A DNA stretch of 63,934 nucleotides, the filler included, from Trichomonas gallinae (lineage: Eukaryota): the NCBI GenBank assembly GCA_008369845.1. It is 9 parts of 9 records of this genome, joined end to end, with 100 filler letters (N's around TTAATTAATTAA, not from the genome) between each part and the next. Parts side by side here need not be neighbours in the genome. Positions count along the whole stretch, not along the records: positions 29,346 to 38,401 come from MRSU01000680.1; positions 38,502 to 41,780 come from MRSU01000686.1; positions 41,881 to 49,777 come from MRSU01000687.1; 6 more parts are not named here. One strand, written 5' to 3'. The position numbers and the translations under genes were made by a program. Position 1 is the stretch's first letter; every line of letters starts with the position of its first letter. The notes beneath the pieces were generated by a model. It saw nothing but the letters and a program-made list of their open reading frames with translations, was not told the origin of the DNA and did not search any database. Positions 31,845 to 42,153 of this stretch are shown one piece after another.

Positions 31845-33108
31845 AAAAGAGGCCGATTTTCGAACTAATAAAAAATACGGATAAAAACAAATCAATCATT
31901 TTATTACAATGCAACCGCTTATTTCATCACAAATCCATATAACAAATTTAAATACATGAAACTCGCCTAGAAATATGGAAATATTTTATCTCCGCAGAAT
32001 TAATTAAGTTATCCACTTAAGAACACGTATGAAGATTATTCAACTGATGCTGTACATGCTATATTATAACATGAATTTAAGCTGATCATCGGAAGAAAAT
32101 ATAATATGAAAAATTGCGCAATATATGAATGTAAGGTTGATATATCATTATATTAGATGCATATATTCATTTCAGAGATAGGTAATAAATGGATCAAAAG
32201 ATTTTGGATAAATTTGAATTGAATCATGATACATTCATGTGTAAATGAAATTGATCAACAATAAAAATGCTATAGTATAATAATGCATTGGATAATACAT
32301 CAAAATATCGATTTCAAAAGTAGCATAAATTTTATTGAAGGATTTTGATGTGTAAATATTGTGGATCAACTAGAAAGAATTTATAGTATAACATGGGATT
32401 GTAAGATAGATCAAAATACCGTTTTCAAGAATAGCAAAAAATCAATAGAAGCATTTTGATGTTTTTATGGAACCATTTCCAACTGCCAAGTTAACATTGT
32501 GCATTATTTAAACGTCGGCAGGCTGATTTATGAATATCATCCAATCGACTTTGCTTTGTCAATTTACGGGCGTAGCCAACTAAGAAAATTTTTGGTAGAT
32601 GAATTAGGCAAAGATGAGTTAAAATAACGAGTAATGTTTTTTGAATAGAAAATAATCGAAAAAAATTCAATTTCCTCAGCAAAATTTCTGACAAATTGGT
32701 TTTATAGTATTTATATTTGTCATTGGTAAGCAATGAAAAAGTAATGAAATCAAGTTCATTCAAATCAATTTGGCAGCGTTGAAAATAGTTTTGAAAAAAA
32801 AGTAGATAATAATGTGAATAGAGAAGTTAATTTGTATAAAATAGTCATTTCGCAATTTGTTTTACACTTTTGTAAATATCTGAAATTGCATCGAACTGTT
32901 GAAATTTTGTTTCTATCTTCGACTGCATATCAAAGAAAAATCCATAAAATTTTTGTAAACCATTTAAAAATTTGAGCGCATATTCAATAATTAAATATTA
33001 CTAAGATGAGCTGTATAAAGAGTATATACAAATAACTACGGTAAATTTTCATTGTCTTCTGAAAATTTCCTCAATCGATTTGTGAAGTTTACATGTCAAA
33101 AATTCTAA

Positions 33109-34191
33109 ATGTTATCCCGAAGTGTTATAGATGCTTTTGTTCCATTGATTACTGACGAATGTTTACTTCAACAAATCCAGAATGGCGTATTCGATGTTCC
33201 AATGTTGCGACAAGCTGATTTATCGCAACTTATATTCAAAGTAATGGACATTTTTAAGGAAGAGCAATCTCTTTTATATCTAAATGGTGAATATACAATT
33301 GTAGGAGATGTACACGGAAACTTACGTGACTTACTTAGAATATTTGCACACTCAGGAATTCCAATGTCCGCAGGCTATATATTTTTAGGCGATTACGTCG
33401 ATAGAGGAGAGTTTTCTATTGAGGTTATCACTCTTTTATACAGCCTTAAGCTCGCATACCCAACAAAAGTCTTCTTACTTCGCGGTAATCACGAATTCAA
33501 AAATATGAACTCCGAATACGGGTTCAAAAAGCAGTGCATGAAGGAATACGGCGAATACATATTCGATTTATTCAATGAAAGCTTTAGTTGGATGCCATTG
33601 GCCGCTGTATTGAATCAGCATTATTTCCTTGTTCATGGTGGTTTGGCTCCAAAACTAGAGAAAATCGAGCAAATATCAGAATTAAAGCGCCCTATCACTG
33701 GATATGATAAGGAAGGCACTGAAAAAAATCTTTTAATAGGAATGATGTGGTCAGACCCAAGCGAAGTCATCTCATACTTCTCAGACAACATCAGGGGTGT
33801 CGGATTTTACTACGGAGAGCAAGCAGTTCAAGACTTCTTAAACAGAAACCACTTCAAAGCAATTATTCGTGCTCACGAATGCGTTGATGGAGTCAGACAA
33901 AAGTTCAATGGAGCTGTTATTACTGTATTTTCATCATCATGCTATAATGAGATGACATATAACTCAAGTGGAATTCTTGAAATTTATAATCAGACCAAAC
34001 TGAGCAATTTCATCTTTAATCCAGTTGAGCAGTGGCATAAGAAGGATGTCAAGAGCAAATTGATCGAAGTCGACATGACTATTCCATTATGCCAGAGAAT
34101 GTCGAAACCAATATCAGTTACCTCCAGGCCAAGACGCAGGAAGATGTCTTGCTTAATTAACAAAGGAAAGCCGTTTATAATTACATGTTAA
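33109..34191 (+). CDS. PPP-family Ser/Thr protein phosphatase (PP1-like), 360 aa
   Basis: GDVHG, GDYVDRG, LRGNHE, VHGG, WSDP, RAHE and TVFSSSCY motifs. Confidence 0.95.
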   Translation: MLSRSVIDAFVPLITDECLLQQIQNGVFDVPMLRQADLSQLIFKVMDIFKEEQSLLYLNGEYTIVGDVHGNLRDLLRIFAHSGIPMSAGYIFLGDYVDRGEFSIEVITLLYSLKLAYPTKVFLLRGNHEFKNMNSEYGFKKQCMKEYGEYIFDLFNESFSWMPLAAVLNQHYFLVHGGLAPKLEKIEQISELKRPITGYDKEGTEKNLLIGMMWSDPSEVISYFSDNIRGVGFYYGEQAVQDFLNRNHFKAIIRAHECVDGVRQKFNGAVITVFSSSCYNEMTYNSSGILEIYNQTKLSNFIFNPVEQWHKKDVKSKLIEVDMTIPLCQRMSKPISVTSRPRRRKMSCLINKGKPFIITC

Positions 34192-34638
34192 TAATTTTAT
34201 TTGTCAAAATTGGCTCAACAATGTTGCCATACTAATGTATATGCTTTATAATTCGTATATATGTATCGTTTCATTGTTGATCACCATCTTTCATATTATC
34301 TTTTTTTTATATTTTGTTATTGTATGAAAATACTTTATGTATTGGTAAAGTAAATTATGTCAACTATCTTATATTACAATGTTTTTATTATATTTTAAGT
34401 TTCAATATTTTAATTTATCTAAATAAAATAGAGAATAATCATAACATGTGTTAAATAATTAAATGATGAAAGCATCGGATTGTTATACGATTTTGCTTAT
34501 GAAAAACAATAAAATTGAAAAAGATAGAATAATATTTACAAACAATATTATATAATATAAGCTTGTGTCACCATAGGATTCAAATGAAATTGTTTCATGA
34601 ATCATATTTGGTAAAACAAAAAATAAATAATATTTCTG

Positions 34639-35799
34639 TTATAAATCCATAGGAAAGTCAGATATTGACGATCTACAAAGAGGGCACACCTCATTAATAT
34701 GTAGCCATTGATTTAAACAATCATAATGAAAAGAATGTCCACATCTTGTAGTAACACATCTTTCTGAGTCTCCAATAACAGTATAGCAGATCGTGCATTC
34801 TGCTCCTTGCGGCGGCCTGTGAGCGAAATAATCATATTTGTTCAATTTTTTAAATATGAATCTACTTCCATACTTATTTTGAAGATATAGTATTACTGTA
34901 GTAACAAAATTTACTATAAGGATCAATGTATTTATCAATGGAGTTCCGTAATCAAAAATTCGGTTGGTATATAATGATCCATATATGAGAAAGAATGTTT
35001 TGTAGAACAACATTACAAATATTGCGCTTGAATCCGGAAAATATGCATGATCAAATCTTATATTGTAGCAAATTTGTGGAATCCAGCCAATCATCAAGAA
35101 AAACAATTGAACTTGTGGAATTTGACATATACTATACACCAAAAATTCACCTGAATATTCGAATCCTATTGTATTAACAAACATCGAATTAGCTTTCCCA
35201 AAACATAGAATTACAGCGATCCAGAATAAGTGTTTGAAATTCTTTAATTTCATTGTGAATGCTGTATCTTCATATATTTCGATAAATTTCAATAATAAAT
35301 TCAGATCAATCACTGATGATATGTATCCTTGAAGTGGACAAAATTTTTTCATGAAAATGCTATCCCATTCTGTAAGAATATGAACAATGCATATAAGTGA
35401 TTCGACAAATCCCCATAAAAGAGAAAAAGTTCTGAATTCACTGTAAAATTCGTTTTCGTTTGTAGTATATTGAACGTTAAATAGTTCAAAGGTTTGTTCT
35501 GCATCTCTTGAATTGATTTTTATTTGTTTACTTTGATTATTGTTGACAATAAATATTCGAATTGTGTTGTTATTTAATTTTGTATCATTTTGACAGGCAA
35601 TAATTGTAGTATTATCTTTGCAGATGAAATTAATATAACTGTATTCAGAATTATTATCATGAATAGTCATATTCATATAAAATTTGAAATCTATGCTTTG
35701 TAATTCGGCATTTATCTGACATAAATGTTGATCTGAGCAATTCCCTCTAATTTCATCTCTCCGTTCTAGCATTGAAAGCAAGAACAATAGAGAAATCAT
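34639..35799 (-). CDS. Transmembrane RING-H2 E3 ubiquitin ligase (Tul1/Dsc1-like), 386 aa
   Basis: Signal peptide, multiple TMs with WIPQICYN and LQNKYGSRF, C-terminal CTIC...CGHSFHYDC...W...CPLCR. Confidence 0.85.
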   Translation of the reverse strand: MISLLFLLSMLERRDEIRGNCSDQHLCQINAELQSIDFKFYMNMTIHDNNSEYSYINFICKDNTTIIACQNDTKLNNNTIRIFIVNNNQSKQIKINSRDAEQTFELFNVQYTTNENEFYSEFRTFSLLWGFVESLICIVHILTEWDSIFMKKFCPLQGYISSVIDLNLLLKFIEIYEDTAFTMKLKNFKHLFWIAVILCFGKANSMFVNTIGFEYSGEFLVYSICQIPQVQLFFLMIGWIPQICYNIRFDHAYFPDSSAIFVMLFYKTFFLIYGSLYTNRIFDYGTPLINTLILIVNFVTTVILYLQNKYGSRFIFKKLNKYDYFAHRPPQGAECTICYTVIGDSERCVTTRCGHSFHYDCLNQWLHINEVCPLCRSSISDFPMDL

Positions 35800-35899
35800 T
35801 ATAACGCAAAAGAATGAATTATTTTTTTAAAATCAAGTCGTTTTTCTCTAATTTATACATGAGAAATCGTCAAAAATAGATAAACCACAGGAAAATCTG

Positions 35900-36039
35900 A
35901 GAGGTGTAGAAATGCATGTTTGGGTGATCTATACATTGGCCACATTATTGAAGCCAGAAAGCATTTTTATAATCCAAAAAGATCATTTGTAGGACCGATA
36001 AGATTTTAACGTCATTTCTATCGTCGTTTCTACACCTCT
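35900..36039. mobile_element. 140-bp MITE with 13-bp TIRs and 8-bp target-site duplication
   Basis: AGAGGTGTAGAAA (35900-35912) and TTTCTACACCTCT (36027-36039); AAAATCTG at 35892-35899 and 36040-36047; paralogous empty site at 37406-37452. Confidence 0.85.
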
Positions 36040-36097
36040 AAAATCTGCATTTTTTTATTTAAAGAATTGTTAACTTTTTACATTTTTAATTAATGAA

Positions 36098-36285
36098 GGG
36101 TCCGCTACGCGACCAAATAGCCTTCTCAATTTTTCAATGCGGTATTGAAAATTATCGTTTTGTCCAGAAAAATAGACTCACTTTTTGAAGAGATCTAATG
36201 CACTAGCAAATGCACCACTTTGTAGGTGGTGCTAGTATCATCTAATAATAATCCTCTCGCTTAATTTTTATTAATTGATCGGCCC
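36098..36285 (+). mobile_element. Diverged copy of the Kolobok-like repeat, possibly a complete element of about 190 bp
   Basis: 36098-36171 is the reverse complement of 29346-29418 and 41881-41954 with a few mismatches; the right boundary CGGCCC-TAA is inferred. Confidence 0.55.
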
Positions 36286-36377
36286 TAATACTCACTTATA
36301 GAGTGGTCATCCAAAATTAGATGATTATCTATTTAATATTTGTTCTAATTTATAATAAAAATGTGAATTGATTTTTT

Positions 36378-37446
36378 TCAGCTTGATTCGAGTTCAACAG
36401 GAATAATTATGTAAAGAAGGGTGCTGAAAGAAAGACTTGACTGACAATTTGTGATGTAAACTTTAGTTTTGATTTTTGCAACTTTCAAACCAATTTCAGC
36501 TTCACATTGTGCAGATGAAAGATGCGGGACAAGGAATATAATAGAATCATTTAAGCTGTTATTTATTTGCTTTACTGAATCAGCTTGTGGATCAAACGTT
36601 GGATTCTCTATATAACAATGATCGATAATAATGAATTTAGGACGTATTATAACATAAAATGTATTCTGTACAGTATTTTGACAGATTGAACATTTATACA
36701 AATGCAAATTTGTAGCCTGAGTGTAAATTAAATCACCTCCTTGTTGGCTACAATTTATTATGTTACAGAATTTGATGAAATTTGTTATTGAGTTATTACC
36801 TACATGAAAACAAGGATACACAGCTCCATGTACTCCTTTATATCCAGTATTATTCATAAATGAACAAAAAGAAAGATTTGCATCTGAACACATGTCTTTT
36901 AAAAAATAATGTACAACACAATAAATTTTTGCATACGAAACATTCAGATTTTCTAGCGATTGACAACCATAACGTAAATAAATATTATCATTACCTTCCA
37001 AAGATGATTTTCCACTGCATGAAACAGCAGAATCTAAGATTTTATTTTGGCTATTTTTAGAATTTGAAACTGTAACATAACAATAAACACCGATATCCTT
37101 ATTAGTAATATATGATTCAAAGCTGCATATTCTGTTCTGGATGCAGTTTCCTTCACTACTGTAGGAGAAGGAACCACCATTACTTTTTCCGTCGTTCGTG
37201 TTTGAGATAAAGTCACAATCTTCAAGAAGAGTGCGTGTTTCGTTTGATGATATACTAAAATTAACAGATGTAGCTTTAAAGTCACGAAATGAACAAAAAG
37301 TAAGATAATAAGAACTGCTTTTTGATAACTGCGAACTTTGCTTTCCTGTGATTTTCTCTCCTTCTGGGATGTCGCCATAGAATTCACTCCACGAAGAATG
37401 AATGAAGAAATCGTCAAAAATAGATAATCGACAGGAAAATCTACAT
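36378..37446 (-). pseudogene. Cys/Asn/Ser-rich trichomonad multicopy family member (beta-helix-like) with disrupted 5' end
   Basis: The long open frame has no in-frame ATG until about residue 200; the ATG at 37446 is out of frame and followed by TAG; signal-peptide-like pieces lie in two other frames. Confidence 0.55.
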
Positions 37447-38501
37447 TTTTTTGTAAAAAAAAATGAAATAAGATTATAACAAATTTTCAAATTCTTGTGT
37501 TAATCAAAATCTGTTAAAGGGACCGTTCTAACTGTTTTTATAAAATTTACCACAACTCGATATCTACAATATATTTTGCAAATCCTAAGCGACAATATAT
37601 TGCATTAATGTGTATATATATTGGGTTTTATAGTCATTACCGTTTTTATTGGAATCACCATGACTTTATTCGAATAAAGTGAATTTGAAATAATGTTATA
37701 AATTGGAATTAAGTCAAATTATCTTAATATTAGTAGACTTGATTTTGATGTTATTTGAAACACTTGTGATTGCTTAGCCGAGAAACACTTATTACATATA
37801 TAAAATACGATAATGAATCACAAGCCTCGGATTCACCCTAGAATTTTCAGGCTGAAATAAATGTTTAACTTTCTTTAATGCATTATACTTAAGTATAAGA
37901 ATGCAGACAGGCAATGATTATTGATAAAAAATTGAAATTGATATTCAGTCAGGGAAAAATTGGGCAAACGCTGCCTTAGAAGCTTAATCAAGCCCCCAAA
38001 CTCTACATAGTATCTGTACACATCATTCTCTTTTATTTAATATAATTTTCAAAATTATCTATATAACTAGGTAGACATGAACTATCTCTCTTAGTTGTGT
38101 ACTAAAACAATAAAGTCACAATTCTAAAGAAGTGCGTAAGTCTTATCTGATTTAGAATCAGATACAAAAAATGTATTGGTAAATCCACTAAAGGAGCAGA
38201 AAGTAATAATATATGTAGCATATCTTATTTTATACAATATTATATCAATAAATAATATTTTTATTTTCTATTCATATTCAAAATATTTCTTTACCTTTCA
38301 AATCTTGACATTTGATATGCCCATTCAATTTCTTTGAATTCACTCACAAATTATTCAAAGACCTTTCAATCAATTGAGAACTTTGAGAGCCGGGCGTGTT
38401 TNNNNNNNNNNNNNNNNNNNNNNNNNNNNNNNNNNNNNNNNNNNNTTAATTAATTAANNNNNNNNNNNNNNNNNNNNNNNNNNNNNNNNNNNNNNNNNNN
38501 N

Positions 38502-41500
38502 GAATTTGTAGGCACAGTATATGATGTTGATTCAAGTGATACAATTACAGTTGATGTTCATTATGAATCTACATCAAAAACACTTTTATCAGAGCCTTAT
38601 AATTTTAGAACCCATAAAGTATCTCTTGTAATACCAAACCCATATGAAGATAAAGATTTTACGGTCACATTCAAAGCGCACGATAATAAAGGCTCATATT
38701 CAAAAACAATTATATTTCCAATTAGAATTAGACGAACAAGGGAATTTATTTTTACGAATCAAATTGAGAAAATTTACAAGCCAAATGCAATCATCCAAAT
38801 TACTGGTTATGTTATAGATTTCAATCCTAGTGAAATTGTAACAATATCTTATATGATTAATGGCATTATTACACAATTTAATCAATTAACACTTACAATG
38901 AGAGCAGATTATAAAAGTGAGATTTTTACACTCCAACTTCAATTGCCATCCGAGATTGGTTCATATTCTCTGTCATTATGGGCAGAATCATCCAAGCATA
39001 AGACATATTATAAGAATTTCAATTTTATTATTACTTTTCCTCCGGTTATTCTAGAGTGGATAGATTTCAATTCAGAAATTTATTTATTTGAATACAATGA
39101 AATCAAACTTATAGTGGATAGCAAATCCGATGTTGAATTGTTTTCGAAAATAGATAATAGGTCTTATATATCTCATGGAATTTTAAATCCAAATAAGTTT
39201 GATGGAGGACCTATGAAATGGGGAATAGGATTATCTTATGAAGCACCAGGCAGTCATCAAATTCAAATTTATATTCAAGATATAATGGGTGCTAGGTCAG
39301 AAGTTCTAACAAAAAAATTCGTTGTTTCCAATGATAAGAGAGCTCCAGTGATACATATTTTGCCAGTGAATGCTGACAAAAATAATGTGATCCGAGAAAT
39401 TTTTTCTCCCAGGGATGAATTTCATTTTAATTATACAGTTGATATAACATCAACTATTCTTATTCAAGTTACAACATATGACTATATAGATGATAGTCAA
39501 TGGTTTGAGCTGGAAACTTTTGAAGTTTTGGCAAATGATAATGGAAAGAATGAAGGCATGATTGTTGTACAGGTTCCAGAGGAAGATGGAGAATATATAT
39601 GCCATCTTATGGCAGCAATAATCATAGGTAGTAATGACCAAAAAGAGTATCATTGTTCCCAAACTAAAATGCTTTATTTTACAGTTCAAAAAAGGCCAAC
39701 TATTAATGCATATAATAAAAATGATATTCAGGTTTACTCACCAGGTCAAACAATTTCAATTAACTGTTGGGTTGATAATTTCCCACCGAATTCTAACGCA
39801 AAAGTGTATTATGCTTTCGATAATAATTGTCATGGCACTCTAATTAAGACTGTTCATATTAGTGAATATGGAAATTCATCCTTAATGTCATTTGAAACAA
39901 AAGTTCCAGATGATAGAAAGAGACATTATTTAATGCTATGGGCAGAACAAAGCAGTATAAAATCAGAAATTTGGGCTAATTACATTAATATCAATTATAA
40001 TCCAGAACTCATTCTTAACAATCAAGAATCAGAAACATTTACAAAACCAGCATACATCAATTTAAACATAACAGTGTATGATCAAAGTATATCTGAAATC
40101 AAATATTTTATCCGCGAAAAAGGCAAAATATCTAATGATGTTCATAGTATTGGTTTCATCCCATGTTATGGGAATAATGTCACCACTATCCTCCAACTTA
40201 TTTATGATGGTAATCACAATTCTCAATTTGAATTAATTATATTTGCAAAGAATTCAAATAATTATACATCAAACACAGTTGTCAAGAAAATAATATACAA
40301 CTCGAAAATATTTTCTCCAAAATTAAAATTAACACCTGAAGAAAAACCCTCGCTTTATCTTTGGGGTGATGAGATCAAAGCAACTATTGAAATTATTGAT
40401 TCAAGCAAAGGACATAATTATTCAATATTGTTTAGATATGAGGCAATGCAATATCAGTTATATAAGAATGTAACATCGGCAAAACCAGTATATTGTGAAT
40501 TTCCATCATTCCCTAGAAATGGTGATTTCTTACTATCTGTTCAAGTTATCCGTGATGATGGTGCAAATTCCAATACAGAATCACTCAATATTAGTATCCA
40601 AAAGAAAGAAGCAATAATTTTTGTAAATGAACTAAAAGATGCATATGACATTGATCAAGAAAATAGTTTGATCATAAATCTGCTTGATTTCGAGAAGAAT
40701 TCTAAAGTCAAATTTACTATGTCCATATCCGAGCCAGATTGGAGTTTTTCGAAAGTTGTTCAAATTAAAAATAATTATCGCTCAGATGACTTTACTTTAA
40801 TACTTCCAAAACATGCAATTGGAGAACATAAGGTTACATTCACTGTCACATACAATTCTTTGCTTTTATCTCGCTCAGAATATATAATTACATTCAAAAA
40901 AATACCACAATTCAAGCTATTTACGAATCAGTTAAAATCAAACTATGTGATTAACGATCACATTGATATTTACTGTTCAATCGAAGATTCCTACCCTGTA
41001 GATATAATATATGAATTTATAAATAAGAATGAACATGTAAAGAAAGGTTTTATCAAGAAACAATTCAATCCAAAAGGTCAAAAAACATTTATTTATGAAC
41101 AGATTTTTTTAGATGAAAAGACATTCAAACATCAAGCTAGCACATTAATTTTGAAATTATATGCACAAGATAAATTCAATTTGACATCAGATATTTTGTC
41201 TTATCAAATATCATTTGATAAGCTTAACAAAGCACCTGCAATGAGGGTTCATTCAAATATAGGAAATACTCTATCTTTTTATGAACAACCAGAAATTCAA
41301 GTTGTTGTTTTAGCAAATGCTTATACTTCCATCATACAAAGAATCAATTATACTAAAAAGTATACTTTAACCGAATTTAGAACTCCTAAAGGTTACGAAA
41401 GTCAGAGCCTGAAACTCGAGCTCCCGCATAAAAACGGAATCTACCAGTTATCAATTTTTGCCCAAGATATTTCTGAATCGAAATCTGCATTTTATAACAA

Positions 41501-41780
41501 AATTGTCAAGATCGAGAAGACTCCTCACATTGCACTAGATAAATTGAAAGATCACTATGAACCAGGTGATATGGTCACAATCTCAGGATATGCGGTTGAC
41601 CTTGATGCAGGTACAAAAGTAAAGATTTATTATAAAATACAAAAATCTGTATCACCAAATTTTGTCTTAGAGTCAGCAATATATTCCAACTACACATCCA
41701 GAAAGTTCAGCTTTAATTATACAGTACCAGATATAACAAATTACAAAGGAATTAAAATATGGGCAGAGTCAAATGGAAAG
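38502..41780 (+). CDS. Bap-like large surface protein with tandem Ig-like repeats, internal fragment (both ends missing)
   Basis: The frame is open over the whole contig (117 codons upstream of ATG 38853 are in frame); repeats of about 100 aa such as Y.PG..I.I.G...D...V.IYY...L.LWAE. Confidence 0.8.
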
Positions 41781-41880
41781 NNNNNNNNNNNNNNNNNNNN
41801 NNNNNNNNNNNNNNNNNNNNNNNNTTAATTAATTAANNNNNNNNNNNNNNNNNNNNNNNNNNNNNNNNNNNNNNNNNNNN

Positions 41881-41954
41881 TTTTCTGGGCAAAACGATAA
41901 TTTTCAATACCGCATTGAAAAATTGAGACCGCTATTTGGTCGCGGAGCGGACCC
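41881..41954 (-). mobile_element. Second copy of the Kolobok-like repeat terminus followed by TTAA
   Basis: Near-identical to 29346-29418 at a different contig start, with unrelated downstream flank. Confidence 0.7.
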
Positions 41955-42067
41955 TTAAAAAGCCCAAAAAAATTTGAAATTCTAAATATCCATTATTTTC
42001 CCAAATTTTCACGACAAATATTTGCTAAATCTGATAAAGATGCTATTTTTATGATATTTTTGGATTT

Positions 42068-42147
42068 GTCACTTTTTATCGTCACTTTGATTAGTGTCAC
42101 TTTTGGGTGTAGTCACCTTTTTGAGGAAGTTCCTGTTTTGTCACTTT
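42068..42147 (+). promoter_or_regulatory. Cluster of five GTCAC(T/C)TT initiator or reverse-M2 motifs
   Basis: Copies start at 42068, 42081, 42096, 42112 and 42140, directly before ATG 42154. Confidence 0.6.
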
Positions 42148-42153
42148 TTATTA

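Noticed and set aside
37514..37526. TTAA-AGGGACCG as another Kolobok-like end (also GCACCC-TTAA near 49189)
   Set aside because: Too short, with no partner terminus or further similarity to the repeat.
37883..37898. 16-bp palindrome TTATACTTAAGTATAA
   Set aside because: Nearly all A/T, single copy and without supporting context, so plausible by chance.
38385..38401. GC-rich contig end GAGAGCCGGGCGTGTTT as the start of a transposon or RNA gene
   Set aside because: Only about 17 bp are visible before the gap, so it cannot be classified.
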